A DNA stretch of 64,000 bases from Octopus bimaculoides (GCF_001194135.2 NC_068981.1:180773047-180837046), one strand, 5' to 3'; positions 26,371-40,088 are shown, numbered from the stretch's first letter. Program-made: numbers and translations. The notes: a model not told the origin generated them from the sequence alone.

Positions 26371-27094
26371 CTTAAACCTTCAAATCCATCGACACAGTCA
26401 CAAGTAAATGAATTAAGAGAATCTTTACATGCGGCACCATTCATACAGGGATTACTTTTACACTCATCGATATCTTGCTGACAGAATTCCCCAGTGTAAC
26501 CAGCTACACAGTTACATTTATATTTGTTCCAAATGTCCTTGCAAGTGGCTTGATTCTCACACTTATTGGTGAGGCAAACATCTGCACTCAGACATCCCAA
26601 TTGTATATTTGTTTCCTGCAATAGTCGATACTGCTGTGAACGGCTGCTATTGCTTGTGCCAAGCAACAGTGGAAGATGTTTACCATTGACACTCAGATTT
26701 TTCATGCAACCAACAAACATTTCACCAACAGTAAAGTTATTTCTTGTGAACAAAGTTGTATAGTTCATGCTAACATTCGAAATACTGACAACTTTTACTC
26801 CATCTATTGTAATCCAGGTGTTATTTTCATTCCATGCAAGCACAAGAAAATGCCAATCACCATCAGTAACATTTTCAGAAGCATCACCACTGATGTTTCC
26901 AGCATTTATCTTCAGAATATTATTATGCAAATACACAGAAAAATTTGAATTTGTAGTTGTATCAATTGCAGAAAACAAGTAGCCTTGCTCCTCCCTTGTT
27001 CGGAAATGTACACTGAAATTCTGAGGGTCGTTTATATAAGGGGTTGGTTCATAGAGTACACTTGATGTTATGTTGAATGTTGCTGTTACATAAC
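26371..27094 (-). CDS. crb: crumbs-type exon 17; laminin-G domain 3 and two EGF
   Basis: ORF 26367-27116; [12 protein letters not shown] motif; TTTTAG acceptor, GTAAGT donor; 724 nt, phase 1-2. Confidence 0.92.
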
Positions 27095-27496
27095 CTAAAA
27101 TGACAAAAACAAACAAGTAGCATTGAGCAATTGTAAGGATTTATCTAATATTTTATTCATTTAAAACAATCATGGAAATGATAACTGTTCGTCAGTCTAT
27201 AAAAGTAACTTCTATAATAATAAACTCGAAATTCTGTCTGTCAGAGATCCCTGTATCTCAGTCAGCATTTGCTCTACACAGACATATAATACCTTTTTGG
27301 AATCAGGGTGATCCTGGGATTGAAAATTTACCTTTCATTTGGTTCTTGAACATCCACCATTGGGATCCGATTTAAAAGCATTTGGGTTGCTATTTCTAGA
27401 AGGTAAAGCTTGGCTGATTCACACCATCTTGGTTGGCGTTTGTCAGATGTCAGAGATCAAGGGTGAGATAAATGACATTTGCTTCACTAATTTTAT

Positions 27497-27684
27497 AATT
27501 TTGAAGGAGGGAGTATGTCGATCACATCAACCCCAGTACTTCACTGGTACTTAATTTATCGACCTCAAAAGGATGAAAGGCAAAGTTGATCTCGGCAGAA
27601 TTTGAACTCAGAATGTAGCTGCAGATGAAATACCGCTAAGCATTTCAACCAGCGTGCTAACAATTCTGCCAGACAACCGCCTTG
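27497..27684 (-). mobile_element. tRNA-derived SINE with Nin/Deu-like central domain (TTTCATCCTTT..GGTCGATAAATTAAGTACCAG); other copies about 33200-33380 and 42600-42790
   Basis: B-box-like GAGTTCAAATTC plus conserved central motif in several copies; domain assignment from recall. Confidence 0.65.
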
Positions 27685-27797
27685 ATATTATTTTCATTAT
27701 TATTATCATTATGTAATAATACTGACATAAAACATGTTTTATTGCTGAGAGAGGGGTTACTGTTAAATAAAGGGAAAAAATGTCAGAGTCCACCTAC

Positions 27798-27910
27798 ATT
27801 CATATCCATCTTCAGTATTTCCACAATGAGTATTATTAGGACAGTTGGCATAGTAACAGAAGTCTATATCTGTGCAGTTCTTACCAGTAAAACCAGCAGT
27901 GCAGTTGCAA
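27798..27910 (-). CDS. crb: crumbs-type exon 16; EGF (CNCTAGFTGKNCTDIDFCYYANC...DGYE)
   Basis: ORF 27763-27975; TTTTGTAG acceptor, GTAGGT donor; 113 nt, phase 2-1. Confidence 0.9.
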
Positions 27911-30321
27911 CTACAAAAGAAGAAAAAAATATAGTAAACAGTAAAGTTGTTAGAGAAAATAATTGGTAGAATCATTAGTGCATCAGATAAAATGCCTACA
28001 GTATTTAATTATGGCCCTTTACGCTGGTCTGCCTCCAATGATGGAAATTTTCATTCATAGAAATTTATGTTGGTTGGACAACAACAGACTCTCCAGACAA
28101 CTCCTTTACTTCCCTTACTTGCAACTAAGCAAGGATATAAAGAAACCATGGAAGACCTACACTGAGATTAAAAGATACTGCAAAAAGGAATATGAAGTGG
28201 AAAGGAATTGATCATAAATAAGAGGTAAAACTCAAATGAAGAACTGACCAATATGGAGAAAACTTAGCAAATCATGTCAAAGCCGTGAACAGCCATAATC
28301 GTGACAACTAACTGCTAATGACAAATGTTTTTGAGTTCAAGTCCTGAAGAGGTCAACTTTACCTTTTATCCTTACCAGGAGGTCATCATTGTCATCGTTT
28401 AATGGCCGCTTTCCATGCTGGCATGGGTTGGATGGTTTGACTGAGGACTGGCAAGCTAGGAGGTTGCACCAGGCTCCAATTTGATCTGGCAAAGTTTCTA
28501 CAGCTGGATGCCCTTCCTAATGCCAACCACTCCGAGAGTGTAGTGGGTGCTTTTTATGTGCCACCGGCATGGGGGCCAGTCAAGCGGCACTGGCATCAAC
28601 CCAGTTTCATAAAGTATTAAGCAAGTAGTGGAGCCAATTTAACATTCATTTAAAATTCCAATGAAGATATATTGTCTAGTGGTTAAGTTTGTTGAGTTCA
28701 TCATCTTGAGATCATGATTTCAATTCCCAAACCAAGTAGTGAGTTGTGTTCTTGAGAAGAAAAAACACTTCATTTCATGTTGTTTCAGTTCATTCAGCTC
28801 TAAATGAGTTGCAGTAAAAAGCTGGGAACTTAACCCCAAATACACTGATATTCTGTTCAGAGAGAAGTGCAATGATCTCAGTCACTTGTATATCATAACT
28901 GAGTTAAGCTTGAGCCTTATGGATTTGACAGCTCACATCAGACCCTATGCTTGTACAAAGCTTTCTAGATTGTGATTGGGGTTTTAACTGTTTCAAACTT
29001 TGGCAAAAGCTAGCGATTTAAGAGAGAGGAATAAGTCAATTCCATTGACTCCATAATCAGCTGGTATTGTTTATCTTTGTATATCAAGAACTACAATGCC
29101 AAATATATCCTTCTTCTAAGATGATAGGGTGTAATTTGAAGGAGATTTGGTTGCTAATTTTAGGAAGTCAAGTGGCCACATATAAGCTTCCTTGTTTGTA
29201 GTTGTTGAAGGAAATGATGTTGTAATGACTGTAAATAACTAAAACCCAGCTGTGGTGTCTCATATGAAGCTGAATACTGGATCATCAATGTTAGTTTGGT
29301 CAAGGGAATATAGCTCTTCTTATCCCTTGACCAACTTGAACATACCAACTGGTGCAATGAAGGATACATATTCACCATGGGATTGCACCTACAAAGTTAC
29401 GTAATCTTGTAGGCTTGTAAGTGCTGGTGCCATGTATAAGTACCTATGCCAGTGCTGTGAATCTTTAGTATGTTTGACAAAATGCTTTGCAACATTTCTT
29501 CCAGCCCTTTGCATTCCGAGTTCAAATTCAGTTGCAGTCAACTTTGTCTTTCATTCTTTCAGTGCTGTGGGATTGATGTAATCAACTTATCCCCTAAAAC
29601 TGCTGGCTTTGTGCCAAAATTTAAAATCATTGAAGGCAGCAATATAGCAGAATTGTTAACATGTTGAACAAAATGCTTAGAGCTTTTTCTTCTGACTCTA
29701 AGCTCTAAGTTCAAATTCTGACACAGTCGACTTTTTCTTTCATCCTTTTAGGGTAAACAAAATAAGCACCAGCTGAGCAGTAGGGGTCAATAAAATTGGT
29801 TAGCCTCCACCCCAACCCACCAAAATTTCATAGGGGCACACAAATATATAAATGGTGGGTTTCTTTACAGTTTTGGTCTCCCAACTCCATTTACAGGGCA
29901 TCCAGCTATAAAAGCTATACCAAAGGCAACCTCACCAGTACTGGTGAAATGTAAAAAGCACAATTCTAAGCTGTAAAGTGGTTGACATTAGGAAGAGCAT
30001 CCAGCTATTAAAAAACTATGCCAAAACAGACAATGAAGCTTAGTGCAGTCCTCTGGCTTACCAACTCCTATCAAACTGTCTGATCCATGCCAGCATGGAA
30101 AACAGATGTTAGATGATGATGATGACATTTGCTCAAGTTGCTACGAAGTAGGACTGAACCCAAAACCACATGGCTGTGAAGTGAACTTCTTAACCACACA
30201 ACTTTCTTCCGGTTTCTATTTACCAAACCCATTCACAAGGTTTTGGTCAGTGTGGAGGCTACAGCAATGGACTGAACCTAAAACCAATGAATCAAATTCT
30301 GAATACGGAATTTATACTTAC

Positions 30322-30988
30322 ATATAATCTTCAAATTCAAAATACTGGCATGTAGAATTGTTGCCACATGGTTTAACTAGCTGACAAGGATCATTTTTAA
30401 CAGCCCCTGACTGAACGTTTTTAGTGGCAGTTGGTAGTAAAGTGTTTGACAACCTCACAATATTGCTGGAGTTATCATTAAAGATAACTGACATGTTATT
30501 TAATGCCATATCTTGTAGAATTCCTCGGAAATTTTCAACAGGTTGTATACTTCTGCGCTTTCGAGTACTTGGACTGTCAGGTTTCTTACCTACAGTCAAT
30601 ATACTCGTGTTCAACACACATCGATCATCTAAATTCTTTGTTATATTGAAAGAGTCAACAACCAAGGTGATGTTTTCAAGAAACACCTTTACTTCCAAAA
30701 AGTGCTTTCGGCCATCATCATATTTGGTTGGGGTTTTATAAATGAAATCCTTACAACGTTTCAATTCTGTGACAATATTGCCATCCTGTAGTCTCAGACT
30801 GAAGAATGATCCAGAAGTGCTTCCTGTTTGGTCAGAATCACTAAAATATGCCACCTGACCATCACTATAGCGAGTGATGAAGTAAAAGGACAACTCAAGG
30901 TTTGATTGTAACTGGTCTTGGATTGTTGTTAAGTTGTATTCAGAAAAACTCAATGTCATATTGAATGCAAAGGTTCCTGCCGTAACTT
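30322..30988 (-). CDS. crb: crumbs-type exon 15; laminin-G domain 2 and start of EGF
   Basis: ORF 30318-31016; FRGILQDMALN motif; TTTTGCAG acceptor, GTAAGT donor; 667 nt, phase 1-2. Confidence 0.9.
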
Positions 30989-31051
30989 CTGCAAAAATAA
31001 GATTGATAATGTACATATTAAAACTGTATAGTCATACCTAGATAGGTAGGT

Positions 31052-31096
<45 letters not shown>

Positions 31097-31913
31097 GTGA
31101 GTGAGTGTGTGTGTCTGTGTGTGTGTGTGCAGTTGCCCAATAAATTTTCATGGGTCAGAAAAAAAACTCGGGCACTCATATATGATGCAATATTGGTTTC
31201 AAAATTTGATACAAGGCCAGCAATTTTGGGGGAGGCATTAAATCAATTACATCAACCCCAGTGCTGAAAGGATGAAAAACAAAGTCTACCTCGGCAGAAT
31301 ATGAACTAAGAACAATGAACACTGACAAAATGCCATTAAGCATTTTTCCCCAACATGCTAATGATTCTACCAGCTCACCACTTTATATATGAGGTACTAT
31401 TAGTCTCATAACAGCAGGTTACTGAATGGTTTCATACTGATAACTTGGCAGAATTGGAGGTATAAATTTGCAATCATCAGATATGACTGACTGGGAAAAG
31501 CAAGAGCTATGTTCTCTTTGCTACTGGAGGCAATGGGATGATTGTTAATTTACTTTTTCATATCTGTAAGGTTACTTACTGGCAAGGAGGACGGAGGGAG
31601 GGAGAGAGGAAGGAAGGAAAGAAGGAAGAAAAAAGGAAGGAAAGACAGACAATCAGACATACAGACATGAATGTATGTGTGTCTGTGTTCATCCCTTGCC
31701 ACTGCTTGACAACCAGTGTTGGTGTGTTTACATCCCTATAACTTACCAGTTCAGCAAAAGAGACCTATAGAATAAGTACCAGTCTTAAAAAAAGATAAGT
31801 AATGGGATCAATTCATTTGACTAAAAATTCTTCATAGTGGTGCTCCAGCATGGCCAAAGTCCAATGACTGAAACAAGAAAAAGAATATGGAAACATCTCT
31901 CATCATAACTTAC

Positions 31914-32897
31914 CGCCTTGACAAGTATCTCCAATATATGGTCGGTCACATATGCATTGTCTTTGAAACCAAAGATCAATGCAGCCGCCTCTTTTATTAC
32001 AGGAATCACTTAAGCACTGGTCACGGCGTGGACAACTCATGGTGACATGTTCAACTTTTGAAGCATTGGTAGCCAAGAGGATATTCCCATTAACAGAAAC
32101 ATCTTGTAGACAACCAATAAACGGTGCACTTGAATGTTTAAAATTTGGTGATAAGTTACTGTGCAGTTTTCCAAATGAAACTTCTCCAGTTGTTTCTTCT
32201 GTCAATTCAAACTTCTTCAAGGAGCCACCAATCTGTACAAGGAGCTCTTTTGAATTAAACTCAAACTTAATAAATTGCCAAGCAGAATTATTGACCGTAT
32301 CAAAGTTTAAATTGGTAATGTTATCATTCACAAGAGCAGGCTGACCTTGTCTCAGCTGAAAGGTGAGGTATTTGTTATTTTGTAATACAAACGTGGAAAC
32401 AAGAATATTTCCCAATGTTGTTTGATATTGAAATTCTATTATCAGTTTATTGGTGGCAAGAGCTTTTGTTTCTAAGAAAGAAGAACCATTGAAAGACATG
32501 GTGGTAAGGACTTGACAGTCTTTTCCCTTAAAACCAGGCAAACAGCTGCATGTGTAATAATGTTGTGAGTTATTTTCATCAAAGAATGGATTGCAGGTGC
32601 CATTATTGAAGCAAGAGTTATGATTGCATGCAGTCAACTCAATGGAACAATTCTTTCCACCATACCAAGGTTTTGAGGGACCTTTTAAACAGGTACAATT
32701 ATAGACTCCTTCGCCATTGTAACACTTTGATCCATGCTGGCAATAACTTCTGGAACATTCATCAATATCTGTATTGCAAAGTTTACCTTCATATCCTTCA
32801 TCACAATCACATTTTGCAAAGCCTATGTAATCACTACAGTTACCATGGACACAGTTTAAACTCAAGCATTCGTTGATGTCTTGGGAACAGTTATGAC
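31914..32897 (-). CDS. crb: crumbs-type exon 14; three EGF, laminin-G domain 1, one EGF
   Basis: ORF 31903-32952; LamG end motif FIGCLQDVSVNG; TTTCAAG acceptor, GTAAGT donor; 984 nt, phase 1-1. Confidence 0.92.
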
Positions 32898-33388
32898 CTT
32901 GAAAGAGAAATAAAGAAAAGATGTCATTAATTATTTTCATGACTGGCCACAATCTCTTTTAACTCCCAAAATACATCAACTGATAGAAACAGTTTACTAA
33001 ATGGTAAAAAAAAAAAAATACTCATAACAGAGTAAAGGTGAATTAAGCAATAATATGTGCATGTTGCATTACTTTCTGAGTTCAGTTCATGTTTCTAATA
33101 TTGTGCTAGCCAGCTTATCTGAAGGATTCCTTCAGTGCAATCAAGGAATAGTAGCAGATAGTATATATATATCCTTTTTTACTCTAGGCACAAAACCTGA
33201 AATTTTGGGGGAGGGGGCAGTCAATTAGATTGATCTCAGTATGCAACTGGTACCTAATTTATCAATCCCGGAAGGATGAAAGGCAAAGTCGACCTTGGTG
33301 AAATTTGAACTCAGAACGTAAAGACAGATGAAATACTGCTAAGCATTATACCCAGCGTGCTAATGTTTCTGCCAGTTCACCACCTATA

Positions 33389-33440
<52 letters not shown>

Positions 33441-33883
33441 CATAGTATATATATCATAGTCCTAATTGTAAGTCATGGAGGTGCATGGATAACTTGCTTA
33501 GTGGTGTTGGACTTATGATTGTCAGATTGTGGTTTCAATTCCTGAACTGAGTGATGCATCGTGTTTTTTAAGCAAAACACTTCATTTCACATTGTTTCAA
33601 TCCACTCAGCTGGTAAAAATGAGTAATGCTGCAAGAGACCAGTGTCTTGTCCAGAGAGGAATACAGATGCCAGAGAAGCTGGGAAACTGGCCCTACGCAC
33701 CTTATGGAGTGATGTGGATTGATCATAATCATGCATGCATGTTACTACACAGACATATTTAAACATTTGTTTTTCCATACTTGTATAGGCTGGCTGGATG
33801 TTCATACACCATATCACTATAAATATCTGGAGGCCCAGCAAAGAGATCTGGCTTCACAGCTTCTTGCTATTTCTTTAACAGTT

Positions 33884-33942
<59 letters not shown>

Positions 33943-34497
33943 CCTAGCAGGTAAGTCTCCCTTTAGAAAAAAAAATTCATAAGTTTTTACTTAAACTAAT
34001 GATAAAATTGTTTCAAATTTTGACACAAAGCCAGTAGTTTTAGGAGAGAGTTAAACAATACTATCCGAACCCCCAGTGCTCTTATATGAACCCCGAAAGG
34101 ATGAAAGATAAAAACCTCAACAGAATTAATGACAAAATTAACACCATTACTTTACATATCTATTTATATATTCTCTTTCTCTCGTTTATTTTTTCTCTTC
34201 TCTTATTCTTTGCCTTCTTATTCAAATACAGTGTTAGGTTCAAAATTCTGATACAACAACCAAGTTCAACACAAGACACCTGAAGATGGGTGGAGCATGC
34301 AACAGCTGTAATGTAGTGAAAGCAACAATCAAGATGAGAACACCAGTCTGAGTAATATTAACACACTTTCTATGTTAGTTTTTTTTGACATTACTACTGA
34401 GAACTCTCTTCAAAGGAAATACAAATTTAATTGTCTTTATCATTAATGAAATACAGTAGGGCATGGTTCCTTACTGATAAATTAAATATCTTCTCAC

Positions 34498-34711
34498 CTT
34501 CATAACCAGTTTCACATAAGCATTTATAGCCAGAGGCATTGGCATAGGAAAACTGAGGAGAGTCAAAATACGGAGGATTCTGACCATATAGCGATTGGTT
34601 GGAACGCTGAAGACATGCATAAGAGTGGACGCATGGATTAATTGAACATTCATTGATATCTGTCTCACAATGCTCGCTTTTGTAACCTTTATAACATTTG
34701 CAGGTATAGTT
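34498..34711 (-). CDS. crb: crumbs-type exon 13; EGF with the Crumbs-typical long insertion (CLQRSNQSLYGQNPPYFDSPQFSYANASGYKC)
   Basis: Manual translation; the ...FSY-x-x-ASGY-x-C insertion matches the signature EGF of Drosophila Crumbs and vertebrate CRB1 as recalled; TTTCAG/GTGAGA; 214 nt, phase 0-1. Confidence 0.9.
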
Positions 34712-34771
34712 CTGAAAAATAATATTAATTGAAATTAATTAAATCACACAAAAGGATCACAAGAATAATAA

Positions 34772-35147
34772 ATACTCTTTACTCTTTTACTTGTTTCAGT
34801 CATTTGACTGTGGCCATGCTGGAGCACCACCTTTAGTCGAGCAAATCGACCCAAGGATTTATTCTTTGTAAGCCTAGTACTTATTCTATCGGTCTCTTTT
34901 GCCAAACCGCTAAGTTACGGAGACATAAACACACCAGCATCGGTTCTCAAGCAATGCTAGGGGGGACAAACACACACATACATATATACGATGGGCTTCT
35001 TTCAGTTTCTGTCTACCAAATCCACTCACAAGGCTTTGGTCGGCCCGAGGCTATAGTAGAAGACACTTGCCCAAGATGCTACGCAGTGGGACTAAATCCG
35101 GATCCATGTGGTTGGTAAGCAAGCTACTTACCACACAGCCACTCCTG
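34772..35147 (-). mobile_element. near full-length copy of the dominant tRNA-derived SINE
   Basis: Reverse complement of 57731-58133; tail (AAAAGAGT)n. Confidence 0.85.
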
Positions 35148-35497
35148 GTTGTTATTTTTATGTATTTTCCTCTAATGACTTCCCAGCCATTTAGCCTCCC
35201 TCACTGCAGCATCACTGTGTGGTTAAGAAGTTCACCTCATGACCACAGGATTTTAGGTTTAACACCTTGTGACTNNNNNNNNNNNNNNNNNNNNNNNNNN
35301 NNNNNNNNNNNNNNNNNNNNNNNNNNNNNNNNNNNNNNNNNNNNNNNNNNNNNNNNNNNNNNNNNNNNTATAGAAAAATTAATAAAACTATATATTTTAT
35401 ATATACTTTATCTATAAGGCTCAATTTAATTTTAATTTTTTATAAATTGATTTTAATTGAGTTTTTTACCTGTAATTTTGGATTTTGTCCCGAATAT

Positions 35498-35535
<38 letters not shown>

Positions 35536-35744
35536 ACCCTAGTGCACAGGATTCTTGTGATCTCATATTTCAATGTTAGTAATTAACATAACAGTATAAG
35601 ACAACTAAAGAATACCCAGTACTACACACTGCACCTCACAACCACTTTGCCATACAATACACTACACAACAACACACCACACTGGATTACACATCACACA
35701 ACACAACATCACAGACAAAAGTGAAATTATGAAATATTTAATAC

Positions 35745-35859
35745 CTTCACACCATCAATACAAGATGCATTGTTTTGACATGGATTGCTGAGACAATCAT
35801 CAATGTTCTTTGAACATGTTGGTCCTGTGAAGCCAGTGTCTGTACAATTACACTGATAT
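35745..35859 (-). CDS. crb: crumbs-type exon 12; EGF ([22 protein letters not shown]...DGVK)
   Basis: ORF 35727-35924; TTCAG acceptor, GTATTA donor; 115 nt, phase 2-0. Confidence 0.9.
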
Positions 35860-36899
35860 CTGAAGTAAAGAAAATGAGATATTATTATCACAAACATCTG
35901 ATCTGTCGGTGGCATTGGCATCACTCATTTATTGCAATAATAACAAGCTTCGCAAGTCTTTTCATTGTCTACTCACACTCCATTTCACTGCTATCCATTG
36001 ACTACCAGCCAATGAGATACACTGGTTCAAATGTACAGAAAACTAAGGACAGGTGAGGGAACAACAAGCAGGTGTATTAGTTTGATGCTCAGAAGAACAG
36101 AAAAGTCTTTGAAGAAAATAAAATGGAGAGACCATGTATCTCCTTTACAGCAGCACACCTGTTTCTGTCCTCGTTCTTCTCTCTCTCCCTGGCTGGGTAG
36201 CCATGTACCTTCTCTACAGCAAGAAACCTGTTTCTATCTCTTTGTCTCACTATAATCTTTCATCACCTCCTCCAATGCCCCCTCCCCTCTCAAAAGATCT
36301 TTGTTTTGCAAGTTACTTGGTGACCCTGCCAGTGTTGGTGCCACTTAAAAATCATACAGTCCACATTGTAAAGTGGCTGGCATTTGGAAGGGCATCCAGT
36401 TGTAAAAACCATGCCAAAACTGACCGTGCTTGTGCCATGTAAAAAGAACTCAGTCCACTTTATCGAGTCACTGGTGTTAGAAAGGGCATCCAGCCATAAA
36501 AACCCTGCTGAAACAGACACAGAAGTCTGGTGCAGGATCCTGCCAGGCCAGCTCCCATGAAACCATCCAATCCATACCAGCATCAAACGCAGATGTTAAA
36601 CGATGATGATTATGATAGAGAGAGAGAGAAAAAATGTGTCAGGATTAACAGTTTTGAATGATGAAATGACTGTCCCTCACTTGTCTTTGTCTTTTGTTTT
36701 CTGTACATTTTAACCCAGTTTGATCCTGCCTGACTCAACTTCCTCCTCTCATAGACCCTTATCTCTCTTACCTTCTTCTCAGACCTTTTCTACCTTTCCT
36801 TATCCACTTTACCATCATTCCACTCAGCTTATCATTGGAACTTTACATTTCTTGGACTCTACCATCATGGATCTTATTGCACACTGTTGCTATTGAGAT

Positions 36900-37075
36900 A
36901 TACTATTCATTTAGATAATACAGTTTTATATTTAAGAGATGAGGAATGATATACATTATTTACATATGATGGATATTTGTCCTCATCTTGTTTGTTGTTA
37001 ACACAACATTTCGGCTGATATACCCTCCAGCCTTCATCAGGTGTCTTGGGGAAATTTTGAACCTGGGTTCAAATG
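36900..37075 (-). mobile_element. Penelope-like terminal fragment carrying a minimal hammerhead motif
   Basis: CTGATGA...GAAA core; homologous degenerate copy at 34270-34345. Confidence 0.6.
37000..37045 (-). ncRNA. minimal type I hammerhead ribozyme motif
   Basis: GACAC-CTGATGA-A-GGCTG(loop)CAGCC-GAAA-TGTT-GTGTT: helix I, helix II and catalytic core present. Confidence 0.65.
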
Positions 37076-37747
37076 GCATGCTTTAGAAAACCCATCAAGC
37101 CAAGTGATATCATAGTTGTGACAAATATTGGTGTCATGCTAACTGATATCTGTGCCAGTGGCCTGTAAAAGCACTCATTACATTCTCGGAGTGGTTGGTA
37201 TTAGGAAGGGCATTCAGCTGTGGAAACCATGCCAAATCAGACTAGTGTCTAGTACAGCCCCTCAACTTACCAGCCCTGGTCAAACTGTCTAACCCATGCC
37301 AGCATGGACAACAGACATTAAATGATGATGATGATATATGATGGGCTTCTTTCAGTTTCCGTTTACCAAATCCACTCACAAGGCTTTGGTGGGACCAAGG
37401 CTATAGTAGAAGATATTTGCCCAAGGTGCTATGCAGCGGGACTGAACTCAAAACCATGTGGTTGGGAAGCAAGCTTCTTACCACACAACCATGCATAATG
37501 TATGAGTAGGCATGTGTACTGACTCTAAGTTAATATATGCATTTGTTCCTAGTAGGTATACTAATTCTTTAAATATGTGTCTATGCTCCCAAGAAAATAC
37601 CAGTCAAGTTCTATGGTCAATGGTATCAACTAACTGCCTCCCATTTAAATTGCTGGCCTTGTGCCTAAATTAGAAATATTAGCTGATAGATTGAGCCCTA
37701 ATATTGCACTGTTTATTTATAAAAAGGAGAGAGTAAAAACGAGTATA

Positions 37748-37945
37748 GGACATCTAACCCCCATGGACAATAACCGCCCTTTCCCCCAAGATAATAACTG
37801 CCCTTCCCCCAAGGACAATTACTCCTGAGGACAACAGATGATTTAAAACTTCTTAATATATTGGTGGGGGTGTAATTAACCAAGAGAGGTAATTGTCCTA
37901 GGGGGAACTGTCCAATGGGGTGGGGGTAATTGTCTTAGAGGGGTA
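37748..37945. mobile_element. MITE-like element with inverted subterminal GGACAATTACCCC-type repeats
   Basis: Three GGACA..CCC motifs on the left, three inverted GGG..TGTCC motifs on the right. Confidence 0.55.
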
Positions 37946-38252
37946 TAGTAAAAACACTGTTGAGGGTAAATCCTTGTCCGAAATTCAGAAGAATTTGTAT
38001 TCTTCATGCTGAGATACTTGATTGTGTTTCTGTGTCACTGACTGAAGGTGTCTTGATGTGTTGGTAAGTATAAGTACTAGTTGTACATCAGAAGACCAGT
38101 GGACAGAAGATATTTTACTTAAAAAAAACCAAGGGCTGGTAACAAGACGGACATGGACTACGACCTCAGTAGCTCTCAGTCAAACTATGCTAATATGGAA
38201 AAAGTGATCTAAATACTAAAGGGTTAATGAAGATCAAAACTTGTAACCTTAC

Positions 38253-38448
38253 CTATTCAAAAGATCTTTGCATTGACCAAAGTTTTTACAAGGATTGCTT
38301 TCACATTCATTGATATCGATCTCACAGTTCTTGCCTTCTGTTCCATTGATGCATGAACAGTTGTATGAATTGATGCCATCTTCACATGTTCCATTGTTCT
38401 GACACGGATTGTTGACACAGTCATCGATGTTAATCTCGCAGTTTTTAC
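38253..38448 (-). CDS. crb: crumbs-type exon 11; two Ca-binding EGF
   Basis: ORF 38249-38506; TTAG acceptor, GTAAGG donor; 196 nt, phase 1-2. Confidence 0.9.
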
Positions 38449-39530
38449 CTAAGTCAGAGAAGATAAGAAATTTCAGATTCAGTGGAAAAATTTTGCAACT
38501 CCTCATTCACATTGGTTACAATATGTCATTTGATGTATAAATTCATCCAAGCAGTTAACTAGACACAGATGCCAGGTTTCCCTCAAATAGCACCCTAGTC
38601 TCTTTCAAAAAGCAACAATGCATTCAACAATACAGTCTTAAATATACAAAAAGAAGAAGATAATGACATACGGAATACCATTGATCATAGTCTGCTAGAT
38701 CAAAGCTGACAGGAGGTTAAACTGATATAAATAGGAACTAAGTACAAATTTCATAGTGTTGCATCAGCTTACAATGTTAGATTTAAATCCGATAATGCTA
38801 AAATAGACTAGCAAACTTTATATCTTTTTCAAGTGACTATAACATTGAGAGATGGAGAAAAAAAACTGAAAACAACTTCGACATCTTCCAGTGGTTAGAA
38901 GTGATAAACAAATTTATGATGAAAATACAATCAGTTACAATAATTATAATTTCCATGAAGAAATGGCTATTAGATCCTTTGACAAAATTAGTTTTGAGCA
39001 GCTGTATGAGTCAATGTTGCCTTTCATTACATTAGAGTCAATAATATAAATATTAGTAATAGAGTATGGTTGGGTCAGTCCATTATATCTATCTTGTGTC
39101 CAAAAGTAGAATTTCTTGGTGACTAGGAAAAAAGTTCTTAACGTAGGATGAGAAGAAAATTATATTCCTATAAACTAGCAGTAATATAATCTCTATCTTT
39201 AGTTCAAAAAGTTTTATAAATATTAATTTATTCTGACCAGACAAGGTCAATTGTCTCCACAACATTGATACTGATGATAGCCAGAGATCTTGAGAGAATG
39301 AGGCCTCCCAGATCAAGATAAAGGGAGATAAGCTATCCTGCAGGCGTGTCTAGCTTATGCTGTTTAAAAGTCGAACCTTTGAATTTACTACAAAACAAAT
39401 CAGAACTTTAAATCTTATTTCTTGAGGAAATTGTATCTTGAAATGAAATCAATCAAAACTGCAATTTATATTCTCTCTGTAGAGCAAACCCAAGAAAAAC
39501 TTGACTAGTTTTCATTGATCTCTGCTATCT

Positions 39531-39561
<31 letters not shown>

Positions 39562-39789
39562 TCATTTATTAATATTCAGAAAGATTTTCTTTAAGAAATA
39601 TTTGAAGAAAACAGAATCACAGATTATTAAACAAGAACGCACTTAAGCGCAACATGAATGCCATTTTTTTTTTAAAGATGTTTTTAGATATTTGATAATT
39701 TATATTTTAAGAAAATCTCTTTTTAAATATTGTGACTGTATCAATAACATTTTTCCAAAATTTTTTTCTGAATATATATATGTAAATAC

Positions 39790-39912
39790 CTGTAAAACCA
39801 ACTTTACAACTACATACAAATTTCTCTTTTGGGTCAGACTTGCAGGTGCCACCATTTTGACAGCGTCCAGTTGAATTGGTGCAGTAGTCAAAAAATAATT
39901 CACAATTACGAC
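39790..39912 (-). CDS. crb: crumbs-type exon 10; EGF (RNCELFFDYCTNSTGRCQNGGTC...KVGFT)
   Basis: Manual translation; CATTAG acceptor, GTATTT donor; 123 nt, phase 1-1. Confidence 0.88.
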
Positions 39913-39960
39913 CTAATGAGATAGAAATGAATAGTAAATCATGACATAAAGAAATTATTG

Positions 39961-40004
<44 letters not shown>

Positions 40005-40088
40005 ATGTGCCTCGTTTATCACAGATTCATTCATCACTGATCCAGGATAACACAGTATGCTATGCCTAGCATGAACTGATCTATGATA

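Noticed and set aside
31979-32344. Plus-strand ORFs overlapping large crumbs exons (also 30424-30741, 26566-26982, 32628-32876)
   Set aside because: Antisense shadows of real coding exons
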